Position numbers and translations under genes: made by a program. This document shows, piece after piece, positions 46,743 to 57,238 of a DNA stretch of 64,000 bases. Every line of letters starts with the position of its first letter. The first letter of the stretch is position 1. The DNA comes from an uncultured Rhodobacteraceae bacterium. Its GTDB lineage: Bacteria > Pseudomonadota > Alphaproteobacteria > Rhodobacterales > Rhodobacteraceae. The notes below the pieces were generated by a model. The model had not been told where the DNA came from and did no database searches. It saw nothing but the letters and a program-made list of their open reading frames with translations. The DNA lies in NCBI GenBank assembly GCA_947498645.1, contig CANMKS010000001.1, forward strand, positions 780,032 through 844,031, given 5' to 3'.

Positions 46743-48140
46743 CTAGACGGATGGGTAACAGAAACTGTCAGTTGAACAGTCGCCGCCTTCCAGCCTGATC
46801 TGGTGACTGCGATAGCCTTTGGGGAAATCAATGTAGAAATCCTTATCCAGATGAAAGCCGTTCTCGTCATTATTGGCCATGATCATCTGCCCGCCTTCAT
46901 CGTCAGGATAAAACTGATCATCCCATGTGGAATACAGCGAGTTGGTCCAATAGACACGTTTGCCATCGCGGCTGACCTCAACCATCTGCGGGCCATAGGC
47001 AAAGGGCTTGCCGTTGGGATGGTCCGCGCCGCGGGCGATACCGCCCACCTCGACCTTTCCGGCCAGCACCGGGTTCATCGGGTCAGATACATCGTATTGA
47101 TGCATCTCACCCAGACCCCAGCAGGCGACATAAAGGTATTTGTCATCGAGGCTCAGGTCGATGTCGGTGACCAGCGGTGGCACGGCCTCAAACCCTTGTA
47201 ACAACGGCGGCAGGTTTTCCGGCTTTTCGGGGCGCGGATCAATGGTGATCGTCTTTTTCGACTGCCATGTGCCATCGTCATCACGCCACCATGTAAAGAT
47301 CGCCCCTTGCAGGTTTGTGGTATCCACCACAACGCCGCAAAACCCGTATGATTTGGTGGGGTCATGGGCCGGGCGGATTTCCAGCGCCATCTGATAGTTT
47401 TCACCAAAATCCATTGTCTGAATGTTCTTGCGCGCCCGCAAATCCCAGAAATGGATCGAATGGCCGTATTTGTTTGACAACAGATCCTCAGCCACCACGC
47501 CATTTTCGAATTGCGGGGGCAGGCCCCATTCGGAACTGACCATGTAGTCCTGCGGCAGGTTCCACCAGAAATCATAGTGCTTGTCCTGCTTGCCGCGATC
47601 CATCTCGTATTGGCCGATGATCTCGAAGGTTTCGCAATCCATGATGAAGATACCGGGCGGGCCATCTGTACCATCAGCACCGCCGCCACCAAGACAGGAC
47701 ACATAGATGCCTTCCGGGCCGCAGTGGATCGTATGCGGGCGGGAATAGCCGGTCTTGGCAAACAGTTCTTCGGGTTCAATCGTCTTGTGAATCTTGGCCT
47801 TCAGCGGCTCTTTGACGTCAATCACATAGATGCGCGACGACCGGATACCCGGTACAATCAGATAACGGCGCTCAAGAAATGCGTGGCCTGTCAGGGGCGA
47901 CAACGAAGACGAACAGGCGTTCCAGCCAAAGTGATGAAATTCGTCGCCTTTGTTGGGCACAATCACCTGATGGACAATCTGGCCATACGTCTTGGACGAT
48001 GGGTTCACATCCACCACGGCAATTCCATCCGACTGCGCGCCATCAGGGCTGAGCATCACGGTAAATGCGTAGTTCTCGACCGGGGCCTGCATCGCAAGTT
48101 TCGGTGATGCGTGGAACGTGGGGTCTGGCCGTAAATTCAT
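46743..48140 (-). CDS. SBP56/SELENBP1 family protein (methanethiol oxidase family), no signal peptide
   Basis: GDEFHHFGWNACSS, SRPHTIHC, YDFWW, SSEWG, TDIDLSLDD, GPQMVEVS.DGKR.Y.TNSLYS.WD.QFYP and GGDCSTD motifs. Confidence 0.9.
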   Translation of the reverse strand: MNLRPDPTFHASPKLAMQAPVENYAFTVMLSPDGAQSDGIAVVDVNPSSKTYGQIVHQVIVPNKGDEFHHFGWNACSSSLSPLTGHAFLERRYLIVPGIRSSRIYVIDVKEPLKAKIHKTIEPEELFAKTGYSRPHTIHCGPEGIYVSCLGGGGADGTDGPPGIFIMDCETFEIIGQYEMDRGKQDKHYDFWWNLPQDYMVSSEWGLPPQFENGVVAEDLLSNKYGHSIHFWDLRARKNIQTMDFGENYQMALEIRPAHDPTKSYGFCGVVVDTTNLQGAIFTWWRDDDGTWQSKKTITIDPRPEKPENLPPLLQGFEAVPPLVTDIDLSLDDKYLYVACWGLGEMHQYDVSDPMNPVLAGKVEVGGIARGADHPNGKPFAYGPQMVEVSRDGKRVYWTNSLYSTWDDQFYPDDEGGQMIMANNDENGFHLDKDFYIDFPKGYRSHQIRLEGGDCSTDSFCYPSV

Positions 48141-48453
48141 ATTGATCCTCCCTGGAAATCTGTGCGGCCGCATGGACCACATTCAAATCTGCCAAGGAAG
48201 GCATGTTCTGAACCGCAAGTGCCTTTGGCGTAAATCGCATCGGCACATTTATTCAATTAGTTTTTGTTCTGCGTATCCGATTTCACACTCATGATCCCTG
48301 GTCAGATCAGAACCTTGGCGCATTCCGCCATTTGACGCAATTTTTTTCGGATTACCGCTGCCGATCTGCAGCTCGCGAAAGCTGGCTTGAACACAACCAG
48401 CGTAGGTGCTTACCTTTGACAATGGCCGATAGGAACCTCAGGCGGGCGCGTTC

Positions 48454-49221
48454 ATGACCAACGACGATCGGGAAATGCTACCGGTTTACCCGGATCTCGA
48501 TTGCTTTCGGGAATATGACGATCCGCCCGATATCATTCCGGGCCGCTCCTCGCGCGACTGGATGGATGACACGACGCAACGGTTTGCCTATCGCTGCACA
48601 CCGCTGCCCGTTGCCAATGCCAGCGGATGGGAGGTCATTCTGCCGTTTTCAATCGCAGCACATTGGAACGGCGGCATGAAGCCGGAAGACGTGACCGTAA
48701 CCTGCGCCGATCCAAACCAGCGGATCGACCATATTGTCGGGCCGGTCTTCGGGCACGGCATTCTGACCTTCCACCCCGGCTACCTGTTCAGGACATCGCC
48801 GGGCTGGGCAATTATCGCGCGCGGTGCCCCAAATACCGTCAAAGACGGCATCACCGCCCTCGAAGGGCTGGTAGAAACCGACTGGCTTCCCTTTGCCTTT
48901 ACCATGAACTGGCGGTTCACCCGGCCCGGTTCGGTTGAATTTGCAGCGGGCGAGGCGTTCTGCTTTCTTTCGCTGGTCCCGCACGCAGCACTTGACCATA
49001 TCCAGCCACGCTTGCGTAGCTTTGCAGAGGCCGAAGATCTCAAAGCAAGTTATGATCACTGGCGGCGTGAACGCGCGGATTTCCAGGCACGGCTGGCGCG
49101 CGGCGAACCGGAGGCGGTGAAACTGGGCTGGCAACGCGATTATGTAAAAGGGCGCGATCCATCAGGACGGATTGAGCCTGACTTCCACCTGTCACGGCGG
49201 ACACTCAAAGCACCGAAATAG
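48454..49221 (+). CDS. DUF6065-family protein
   Basis: RDWMD...RFAYRCTPL..ANASGWE, FGHGILTF..GYLFRT, GLVETDWLPF.FTMNWRF and WQRDY..G motifs. Confidence 0.7.
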   Translation: MTNDDREMLPVYPDLDCFREYDDPPDIIPGRSSRDWMDDTTQRFAYRCTPLPVANASGWEVILPFSIAAHWNGGMKPEDVTVTCADPNQRIDHIVGPVFGHGILTFHPGYLFRTSPGWAIIARGAPNTVKDGITALEGLVETDWLPFAFTMNWRFTRPGSVEFAAGEAFCFLSLVPHAALDHIQPRLRSFAEAEDLKASYDHWRRERADFQARLARGEPEAVKLGWQRDYVKGRDPSGRIEPDFHLSRRTLKAPK

Positions 49222-49237
49222 TCGCGGAAACGCCGAT

Positions 49238-51151
49238 TCAGGCCCGCTTTTCCAGCGTCGCCACACCCATCACGTCCAGCACCTTGGCTTCGATGTGTTC
49301 GGCATTCATGCCTGCCACATCGTACATCGCCTTTGGGCTGGCCTGATTGATAAAGATATCCGGCAGCACCATAGAACGGAACTTCAATCCGTGGTCGAAC
49401 ACGCCTTCTTCGGCCAATAACTGGGCGACATGCGAACCAAAGCCACCCACAGCGCCCTCTTCCACCGTGATCAGCGCCTCGTGGGTCGCTGCAAGTTTCA
49501 ACACCAGTTCGCGATCCAGTGGCTTGGCAAACCGGGCATCGGCAACGGTAGGAGTGATCCCCTTGGCCTCTAGCGCCTCACAGGCCTTTGTGACCTCTTG
49601 CAGGCGCGTGCCAAATGACAAGATGGCAACCTGCTTGCCTTCCCGGATCATGCGGCCTTTGCCGATCTCTAGAACTTCAGGGCTGTCGGGCATCTCGACG
49701 CCCACGCCTTCACCGCGCGGAAAGCGGAACGCGATAGGGCCGTCGTCATGGGCGGCGGCGGTGGCCACCATGCGGACCAGTTCCGCTTCATCCGCGGCGG
49801 CCATCACCACAAACCCGGGCAAATTGGCCAGATAGGCCACGTCGAACGACCCGGCATGGGTCGCGCCATCGGCACCTACCAGCCCCGCGCGATCAATGGC
49901 AAAGCGCACTGGCAGGTTCTGGATCGCCACATCATGCACAACCTGATCATAACCACGTTGCAGAAAGGTTGAATAAAGCGCGCAGAACGGGCGCATGCCG
50001 CCCGCAGCCAAACCAGCACTGAAGGTCACCGCATGTTGTTCAGCGATGCCAACGTCAAAACAACGGCTGGTGTAGCGCTCCATGAACTTCGAAAGGCCCG
50101 TGCCATCTGGCATCGCAGCCGTCACCGCACAAATACGCGGATCATCCGCGGCGTGCTTCAGCAGGCTTTCGGCAAAAACGGATGTGTAAGACGGGGCATT
50201 GCTGGGCGCTTTCTTCTGCTCACCGGTGACCACATCAAACTTGGCCGTGGCATGGCCTTTGTCGCTGGCACCCTCTGCGGGGGCATAGCCTTTGCCCTTC
50301 TTGGTGATCGCATGGATCAGGATCGGGCCGTCGGCACGCTCTTTCACGGTGCGCAACACCGACAAGAGCTGTTCCATATCGTGGCCATCAATGGGACCAA
50401 GGTAGGAAAACCCCAACTCTTCAAACAGGGTTCCACCCACGGTCATATGCTTGAGCATATCCTTGGCGCGCTTGGCACCCTCGCGGAAAGGTTCGGGCAA
50501 GAGCGACACGGCACCCTTGGCGGCGGCCTTGAATTCCTGAAACGGCTCGCCCGCATAAAGACGCGACAAATATGACGACATCGCCCCGGTAGGCGGCGCA
50601 ATCGACATCTCATTGTCATTGAGGATCACAATCAACCGCTTGCCCAAGTGGCCCGCGTTATTCATCGCCTCATAGGCCATGCCTGCCGACATCGCGCCAT
50701 CGCCGATCACCGCAATGGCGTCACCCCCTTCACCGCCCAGATCACGGGCGACGGCAAAACCAAGGGCCGCAGAAATCGAGGTGCTGGAATGGGCCGCGCC
50801 AAACGGATCATAGGGGCTTTCAGAGCGTTTGGTGAAACCGCTCAGGCCCCCTTCGATGCGCAGCGTGCGAATACGGTCGCGACGGCCGGTCAGGATCTTA
50901 TGCGGATAACACTGATGCGACACATCCCAGATGATCTTGTCCTTTGGGGCATCAAAAACCGCATGCAGGGCCACGGTCATTTCTATCACACCCAGACCAG
51001 CACCCAGATGACCACCCGTGACAGAGACCGCCGAAATCGTCTCGGCACGCAGATCATCGGCCAATTGGCGCAGCTCTGCGTCGGACAAGACCTTCATATC
51101 ATCAGGGGTCTTCACACGATCAAGGATCGGGGTGCGTGGCTGGCTCGACAT
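49238..51151 (-). CDS. dxs: 1-deoxy-D-xylulose-5-phosphate synthase
   Basis: [38 protein letters not shown] and DGATHAG motifs. Confidence 0.97.
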   Translation of the reverse strand: MSSQPRTPILDRVKTPDDMKVLSDAELRQLADDLRAETISAVSVTGGHLGAGLGVIEMTVALHAVFDAPKDKIIWDVSHQCYPHKILTGRRDRIRTLRIEGGLSGFTKRSESPYDPFGAAHSSTSISAALGFAVARDLGGEGGDAIAVIGDGAMSAGMAYEAMNNAGHLGKRLIVILNDNEMSIAPPTGAMSSYLSRLYAGEPFQEFKAAAKGAVSLLPEPFREGAKRAKDMLKHMTVGGTLFEELGFSYLGPIDGHDMEQLLSVLRTVKERADGPILIHAITKKGKGYAPAEGASDKGHATAKFDVVTGEQKKAPSNAPSYTSVFAESLLKHAADDPRICAVTAAMPDGTGLSKFMERYTSRCFDVGIAEQHAVTFSAGLAAGGMRPFCALYSTFLQRGYDQVVHDVAIQNLPVRFAIDRAGLVGADGATHAGSFDVAYLANLPGFVVMAAADEAELVRMVATAAAHDDGPIAFRFPRGEGVGVEMPDSPEVLEIGKGRMIREGKQVAILSFGTRLQEVTKACEALEAKGITPTVADARFAKPLDRELVLKLAATHEALITVEEGAVGGFGSHVAQLLAEEGVFDHGLKFRSMVLPDIFINQASPKAMYDVAGMNAEHIEAKVLDVMGVATLEKRA

Positions 51152-51162
51152 GACTTTTGACC

Positions 51163-52071
51163 TTAGTGCGTGCGCGTCATCACAAAACGCGCGGCTTCTT
51201 TCAACGTCTCAGCGTCTTCACCATAAGGAGATAGCGCATCGCAGGCCTCTTCCACCAGTTCATTTGCGCGGCTTTTTGCCCCATCTGCGCCCAGCAGGGA
51301 CACAAAAGTGGCCTTACCCGCAGCGGCATCCTTACCCACAGCCTTGCCCACGATCGAGGGGTCACCAAAATGATCCAGCAGGTCGTCTGCAATCTGAAAA
51401 GCAAGCCCCAGCGCATCTCCATACAGCGACAAAGGCTCACGCTCTGCCTCGGCCATGCGCGGACCAACAAGGGCCGCCCATGAAATCAGCGCGCCGGTCT
51501 TGCTGGCCTGCAAGGCGGTGATGTCTTCCAGATCAAGCGGAAGTTGTGCGGTCTCGGCTGCGATATCGGCGGCTTGACCACCCACCATGCCACGCGCACC
51601 GGCAGCATGGGACAAGGACATCAACAGGTTCAACTTGGCACGCGGGGCACATTCCGCCTGCACCAGCAGCTCAAACGCCAAGGCCTGCAACCCATCACCA
51701 GCCAGCACGGCTGTGGCGTCATCCCATCGCTTGTGAACGGTCGGCTGGCCCCGGCGCAATTCATCATCATCCATGCAGGGCAGGTCATCATGCACCAGCG
51801 AATAGGCGTGAATACATTCAATCGCCGCCGCCGCACCAACGGCCGAAACAGGGTTGATACCATGCAGGCGCGCTGTCTCCAACGCAAGAAAGGCACGCAG
51901 GGCCTTTCCGCCTGTCACAGCGTATAGCATGGCGTCCGGCAGATCGCCTGACAGGCCACTCAAAGCAAAGCCGATACGGGCCTGAGACACTTTGGCGGCA
52001 TGGGCCATCGCGTCATTCAAAGGCCGACGTTCCAGCGCCGAGATGCGGATTATTGCAGAGGTATCAGTCAT
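51163..52071 (-). CDS. ispA: Farnesyl diphosphate synthase / geranyltranstransferase
   Basis: [30 protein letters not shown] and FQIADD motifs. Confidence 0.92.
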   Translation of the reverse strand: MTDTSAIIRISALERRPLNDAMAHAAKVSQARIGFALSGLSGDLPDAMLYAVTGGKALRAFLALETARLHGINPVSAVGAAAAIECIHAYSLVHDDLPCMDDDELRRGQPTVHKRWDDATAVLAGDGLQALAFELLVQAECAPRAKLNLLMSLSHAAGARGMVGGQAADIAAETAQLPLDLEDITALQASKTGALISWAALVGPRMAEAEREPLSLYGDALGLAFQIADDLLDHFGDPSIVGKAVGKDAAAGKATFVSLLGADGAKSRANELVEEACDALSPYGEDAETLKEAARFVMTRTH

Positions 52072-52297
52072 CAAGCTGCGCCGTCCCCTGCGGTGTGCCA
52101 CCTTCGCCAAGCGTAATCTTGGCGACTTTTTCTTCGGCTTCCTTCAGCTTGGTCTCACACCGGGCCTTGAGGGCCGCGCCACGCTCATAAAGGGCGATGC
52201 TGTCATCCAACGCCACATCTCCGCGCTCAAGCTGACCAACAACTGTTTCCAGCTCCTTGATCGCCTCTTCGAAACTCAGGTCTTTCACGTCACTCAT
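52064..52297 (-). CDS. xseB: Exodeoxyribonuclease VII small subunit
   Basis: LSFEEAIKELETVVGQLERG..LDDSIALYERG. Confidence 0.93.
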   Translation of the reverse strand: MSDVKDLSFEEAIKELETVVGQLERGDVALDDSIALYERGAALKARCETKLKEAEEKVAKITLGEGGTPQGTAQLDD

Positions 52298-53217
52298 CGG
52301 CCGCGTTCCTCCAGAACTCTGACATGGGCGGCTGCACAAGCACCCAATGCGTCCAAGTCATAGCCACCTTCAAGCGCCGATACCACCCGACCCACACAAT
52401 GACGGTCGGCCAGATCGCACAGGCGCGCAGTGACCCATTCAAAATCTTCCGTGGTCAGGTTCATCCCTGCCAATGGATCATTCATATGTGCATCAAATCC
52501 GGCGGAAATAAGCAGAAGTTGCGGTGCAAAGGCGTCAACTCGCGGTAGAACCTGATTCTCCATGACCTTACGGAAAGGTTTTGACCCGGTGCCTTCGGGC
52601 AAGGGCACGTTCAGAACATTGTCGACACCCACTTCATGGGCGGCACCCGTACCCGGATAAAGCGGGGATTGATGGGTAGAACAGAACAAAATACGCGGAT
52701 CGTCCTCAACCAAATCCTGCGTGCCATTGCCGTGATGCACATCAAAATCAACAATGGCGACACGTTCCAGCCCGTGATGCTCAAGCGCGTGTTTGGCAGC
52801 GATGGCAACATTGCCGAAAAAGCAAAACCCCATGGCGGTCTGCCTTTCGGCATGATGGCCGGGCGGGCGCATGGCGGAAAAGGCATTGCTGGCTTCACCG
52901 CCCATGACGATATCAACCGCGCGAACGACACCACCGGCGGCGCGATAGGCCGCCTGCAAACTGCCAACAGACATATGCGTGTCGGCATCAAGGGATCGCC
53001 AGCCTTCATCCGGGGCCGCGGTGCGGATGGCATCCACATGGGCCTTGGGATGGGCGCGCAGCAGATCGTCTTCGGCGGCCAGCGGGGCTGTGACGCGCAA
53101 AAGGTCCATCCCCTCCAACGCGCCCAACACCGCATCAAGCCGCGCCACCTGCTCAGGATGGCCAGGCGGGGTGACATGGGCGTAGCAGTCTTCGTGGGTG
53201 ATCAATACAGTTGTCAT
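52294..53217 (-). CDS. Histone deacetylase family protein
   Basis: HPEQ..R, RPPGHHA, GFCFFGN, DFDVHHGNGTQ, SAGFDAH and LEGGY motifs. Confidence 0.93.
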   Translation of the reverse strand: MTTVLITHEDCYAHVTPPGHPEQVARLDAVLGALEGMDLLRVTAPLAAEDDLLRAHPKAHVDAIRTAAPDEGWRSLDADTHMSVGSLQAAYRAAGGVVRAVDIVMGGEASNAFSAMRPPGHHAERQTAMGFCFFGNVAIAAKHALEHHGLERVAIVDFDVHHGNGTQDLVEDDPRILFCSTHQSPLYPGTGAAHEVGVDNVLNVPLPEGTGSKPFRKVMENQVLPRVDAFAPQLLLISAGFDAHMNDPLAGMNLTTEDFEWVTARLCDLADRHCVGRVVSALEGGYDLDALGACAAAHVRVLEERGR

Positions 53218-53321
53218 GTGCACAAAAGACGCAATTCAGATGGGAATCACAACCATCTTTGTGCGGGTGATCGGCAGGCTATCCGACTTGCTGATGGCAC
53301 GTCAGACGCTAGACTGCCCAA

Positions 53322-54068
53322 ATGCTCCGCTTTCTGCTGCATGCCGCGATTGTGGTTCTTCTGACGATACTCACCCAGATCGGCGGTCTGGCGTGGCTCG
53401 CGGCCTGCATGTTTCGCCGAAAGTTGCTCGCGTTCTTGCTGACATACAGCGCGATGACTGTGGCAGTGATTTTCATCGCACCAGCCTTTGGCCGAACCGC
53501 ACTCAGCTGCGCCAGCAACGGTCCACTCCAGGTACAAAGCTGGATCTACTGCGCATCGAACCGGAACTACGTGACCCCGCAACTCGCCGATGTCCTGGAA
53601 CAGACGGCGATCACGATGGACAAACGCTATCCCGGCACGAAAACACTGGTTCTGGACGCGAATTTCCCGTTCTTCGATGGTTTCCCGCTGCTTCCGCATC
53701 TGTCACATGACGATGGTGAGAAAGCGGATCTTGCTTTCTACTATCAGGATGAAGCTGGCTATCTGGCTGGGGCCACGCGCTCGCCCATCGGCTATTTCGC
53801 ATTCGAGCCGGGGGCCAGCGACTGTCCCAAAACCTGGCCCTCTCTCAGATGGGACTTCGCAGCATTGCAACCCTTGTGGCCCGACGTCACGCTGGACCGG
53901 CAACGTAACCGCGCCATCTTGCAACTGTTGGCCGAGGATCCCCGCACAGGCCGCATTTTCGTCGAACCCCATATCGCCCAGAGCCTCAACATCGCACACC
54001 AAAATATCCGTTTCCAAGGGTGCAGGGCCGCCCGCCACGATGACCACATCCACCTGCAACTCAGATGA
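53322..54068 (+). CDS. Membrane-anchored Zn metallopeptidase, MepA/LAS-like murein endopeptidase
   Basis: PHLSHDDGEKAD and HDDHIH zinc motifs; N-terminal TM segments. Confidence 0.6.
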   Translation: MLRFLLHAAIVVLLTILTQIGGLAWLAACMFRRKLLAFLLTYSAMTVAVIFIAPAFGRTALSCASNGPLQVQSWIYCASNRNYVTPQLADVLEQTAITMDKRYPGTKTLVLDANFPFFDGFPLLPHLSHDDGEKADLAFYYQDEAGYLAGATRSPIGYFAFEPGASDCPKTWPSLRWDFAALQPLWPDVTLDRQRNRAILQLLAEDPRTGRIFVEPHIAQSLNIAHQNIRFQGCRAARHDDHIHLQLR

Positions 54069-54084
54069 ATATCAGGCCAATCAC

Positions 54085-54117
54085 CTTCTTTTGTTCAAAA
54101 ATATCTCCGCCGGAGGC
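54085..54117 (+). repeat. REP-like dispersed repeat, copy C
   Basis: 32-bp identity with copy B; lies between convergent genes. Confidence 0.85.
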
Positions 54118-54159
54118 AAACCAATAAAATAGAATCCGTGCGCAGCACGGCCCTTTGGA

Positions 54160-54861
54160 TCACTCAGGCGCCAGCATATAACCCGCGCCGCGGACAGTTT
54201 GCAGATAGCGGGGCTGCTTGGGGTCAACTTCGATCTTGCGGCGCAGACGGGTGATCTGCACATCCACCGCACGCTCCTGCGTCTGCCCGCCAGAGCGGCT
54301 GAGCTCTTCAACCAATCGCGTCCGCGTCACGGCCTCACCGGGACAACCCGAAAAGATACGCATAAGCTGGCTTTCGGTGGCGGTCAGTCGAACCAGCTGA
54401 TCACCCTGCCACATCTCGCCGCGCTCAACATCATAGCGGACCGGGCCAAGGTTCAGCACCTTGGGCATGACAACGGCGGGTTCGGCAGCAGGAACACGAC
54501 GCAGGATCGCATTGATACGCAACAGCAGTTCCTTCGGCTCAAAGGGCTTGGCCAGGTAATCATCCGCCCCCGCCTCAAGCCCGGTAATCCGGTCGCCGGT
54601 ATCGCCCTTGGCGGTCAGCAGCAGGATCGGGGTCGTGATGGTCTGGCGCAAATCACGGCAAAGCGAAATGCCATCTTCGCCGGGCATCATGACGTCCAGC
54701 ACAATCAAATCGAATTCCAGACCGGACAGGATCCGGCGGGCATGGGCGGCATCCCGCGCCCCGCTGACCAGAAAGCCGGAACGTATCAGGAATTTCTGCA
54801 ACAACCCGCGAATACGCTCGTCATCATCAACAATCAGCAGGTGCGCGTCGTCTGTACTCAT
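54160..54861 (-). CDS. petR: OmpR-family response regulator PetR
   Basis: IVDDD, DVMMPGEDG, GADDYLAKPF and VDVQITRLRRK motifs; coupled to the MarR gene. Confidence 0.8.
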   Translation of the reverse strand: MSTDDAHLLIVDDDERIRGLLQKFLIRSGFLVSGARDAAHARRILSGLEFDLIVLDVMMPGEDGISLCRDLRQTITTPILLLTAKGDTGDRITGLEAGADDYLAKPFEPKELLLRINAILRRVPAAEPAVVMPKVLNLGPVRYDVERGEMWQGDQLVRLTATESQLMRIFSGCPGEAVTRTRLVEELSRSGGQTQERAVDVQITRLRRKIEVDPKQPRYLQTVRGAGYMLAPE

Positions 54862-55364
54862 TCCGGTCTGTCCTTCATCGCCTCGTAATGGTGGCGGCTG
54901 TCTTCATCCATCATGGCCTCAAGCACCTGCCGAAACCCCACAACAGCCTCTGGACCGGCTGCGCGATAAGCGGCGCGCATTCGGTCACGCTGTGCATCTG
55001 AAAGGGCACGTTCCAACGCGGCACCCTCTGTTGTCAAATGCAAATGACGCTCGCGCTTGTCGCGCTGCCCAATTGTGCTGGACACCAAACCGTCTTCGAT
55101 CAATGTGCGCAACACACGATTAAGCGATTGTTTTGTAACGCCAAGGATGGACAACAGGTTATTGACGGTCGTGCCGGGGTTGCGATGGATAAAGTGGATT
55201 GCACGGTGATGGGCACGGCCATAGGATTGCTCTGCCAGAATGCGATCAGGGTCAGCAGTAAAGCCGCGATAGGCAAAAAACATCGCCTCGATCCCCTTGC
55301 GCAGCTGTTCGTCGGTCAGGAACAGCAGGCTTTGGCCCATCTGCGGTGGCAACCCGTCACTCAT
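54858..55364 (-). CDS. petP: MarR-family regulator PetP
   Basis: FFAYRGFT..PD, GRAHHRA and TKQSLNRVL..L motifs. Confidence 0.8.
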   Translation of the reverse strand: MSDGLPPQMGQSLLFLTDEQLRKGIEAMFFAYRGFTADPDRILAEQSYGRAHHRAIHFIHRNPGTTVNNLLSILGVTKQSLNRVLRTLIEDGLVSSTIGQRDKRERHLHLTTEGAALERALSDAQRDRMRAAYRAAGPEAVVGFRQVLEAMMDEDSRHHYEAMKDRPE

Positions 55365-55509
55365 TTGCAGCCTCCCTTGGCTTTCCCCGACAATACGTCA
55401 GCTTTGTTGACATTCCAAGAATCAACTGCTAGCGAAAAGCAGAAATTGCGCAACAATATGTCCGAAACGGACCTACTTGCGTAACAAATGCAAAATGACG
55501 GAGGCTGCG

Positions 55510-56379
55510 ATGGCTGGCGCATATGACGATAGAGACGGGAAAATCTGGATGGACGGCCAACTGGTCGATTGGCGTGACGCCAAAGTCCACATTCTGACCC
55601 ACGCCATGCACTATGCCTCTTCGGTCTTTGAAGGAGAGCGCTGCTACGCGGGCAAAATCTTCAAATCCCGCGAACACTCCGAACGGCTGATCACATCGGG
55701 CAAGTTGATCGACTTTGATATCCCCTACACAGTGGACGAAATCGAAGCCGCGAAACAAGCCGCACTGGATGCCAACGGCCTGAAAGATGCCTATGTGCGG
55801 GCCGTCGCATGGCGCGGCGCGGGCGAGGATATGGGCGTCGCTTCGGCGCGCAACCCGGTCCATATGGCCGTCGCTGTCTGGGAATGGGGCAACTACTATG
55901 GCGACGCCAAGATGAAGGGCGCCAAGCTCGACATCGCCAAATGGAAACGGCCCAGCCCCGAAACCGCACCCTCACAGGCCAAGGCCGCAGGCCTTTACAT
56001 GATCGCCACGATGTCCAAACACGCGGCAGAGGCCAAAGGCTGTTCGGACGCAATGATGTTCGACTACCGTGGCTATGTGGCCGAGGCGACAGGGGCCAAT
56101 ATCTTCTTTGTCAAAGATGGCGAAGTGCACACTCCAACCGCCGATGCCTTTCTCAACGGGCTGACCCGTCAGACGGTAATCGGGATGCTGCGCGACAAGG
56201 GCCTGACGGTCCATGAACGTGTCATCATGCCGGAAGAACTGGAAGGGTTCGAACAATGCTGGCTCACTGGAACGGCCGCCGAGGTTACACCAGTTGGGCA
56301 GATCGGCGACTATAATTTCGAAGTTGGCGCAATCACCCGCGAAATCTCCGAAGATTACGAGAAACTCGTGCGCGCCTGA
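55510..56379 (+). CDS. ilvE: Branched-chain amino acid aminotransferase
   Basis: HYASSVFEG, AKAAGLY, AEATGANIF, LNGLTR and GTAAEVTP motifs. Confidence 0.92.
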   Translation: MAGAYDDRDGKIWMDGQLVDWRDAKVHILTHAMHYASSVFEGERCYAGKIFKSREHSERLITSGKLIDFDIPYTVDEIEAAKQAALDANGLKDAYVRAVAWRGAGEDMGVASARNPVHMAVAVWEWGNYYGDAKMKGAKLDIAKWKRPSPETAPSQAKAAGLYMIATMSKHAAEAKGCSDAMMFDYRGYVAEATGANIFFVKDGEVHTPTADAFLNGLTRQTVIGMLRDKGLTVHERVIMPEELEGFEQCWLTGTAAEVTPVGQIGDYNFEVGAITREISEDYEKLVRA

Positions 56380-56400
56380 CACCGACAATCAAGCGTCGTT

Positions 56401-56430
56401 AAGGGGGGAATGCACCCGCATTCCCCTTTT
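56401..56430 (+). terminator. Rho-independent terminator after ilvE
   Basis: GGGGAATGC-accc-GCATTCCCC followed by TTTT. Confidence 0.78.
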
Positions 56431-56614
56431 CTCGCCCTACACCCTAAAGTTGACACATTAGATCAAAAAAGCAGCCAATACGCGAGACAATCATAGATGA
56501 TGCGGTGTATTGCGGCGCAAATACGTACAGTGCCCCAAAAATGACACCTTTTCGCTCCAACTTTGTCTGATTGTTAGGGTGTCTTGTTCTACGTAACAAG
56601 TTTGGTGTTTTTTA

Positions 56615-57238
56615 ATGCACGCTCCCGCCAAAAACCAATTCACCCTCGCCCACTGCAAACCTGCGGTTTCCGGGGCTGAGCTGAAGTTGCGGCGCTTGCT
56701 CAAGTCCTTTCCTCAGGAACTCTGGCTGGATACGATCCGCCGCACCACTGGGCCGGAACACAACGGCCTGATTCATTGGATGCTGGCGCAGATCGAATGT
56801 GATTTTTCGGTTGCCTTTCATGCCTTCTATCGCAGCGATCCGGCCAGTTTCCTGGAGGAACCAACACAGCTTCCGCCACGGCCGGGTGTGAATGATATCT
56901 TTGCGCAGGTCCTGCTGAATTGGGACACCGGATCCTACCGCACCCAACGGTTCCGGGTCGAGGCTATCGACGCACCCCTGGCAGCGATTGCCAAGGTTGA
57001 CCGTCTGGTGCGCGCGCATGGCAATGGCGCGCTGCCATTCCAGATCCCGCGCCGGTTTGTGGACCCCAAGGGCGGGGTGAACATGCGGCTGCCATCCTAT
57101 CTGTCGCCTGATCGCGCAGCGCACCTCTGGCCGCTTTATGTCAACATGGGTCTGCGTGTGCAGGACGAACCGCCGGGTTTGCGGCGCAAGGCGGCACAGG
57201 TGAAATCCCTGTTTCGCATCGTCGCCCGTAGCGCTTAA
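56615..57238 (+). CDS. Hypothetical protein (207 aa)
   Basis: ATG-started ORF after an AT-rich promoter-like gap, fills the space to the convergent DMT gene; no recognisable motif. Confidence 0.6.
   Translation: MHAPAKNQFTLAHCKPAVSGAELKLRRLLKSFPQELWLDTIRRTTGPEHNGLIHWMLAQIECDFSVAFHAFYRSDPASFLEEPTQLPPRPGVNDIFAQVLLNWDTGSYRTQRFRVEAIDAPLAAIAKVDRLVRAHGNGALPFQIPRRFVDPKGGVNMRLPSYLSPDRAAHLWPLYVNMGLRVQDEPPGLRRKAAQVKSLFRIVARSA

Noticed and set aside
46743-48140. Calling the SBP56 gene mtoX
   Set aside because: It lacks the signal peptide and mauG/SCO1 context of characterised periplasmic MtoX, so activity is left as a hypothesis.
39692-49237. Prophage, IS or integrative element
   Set aside because: No integrase, transposase, phage gene, tRNA target or exact att repeat is visible.
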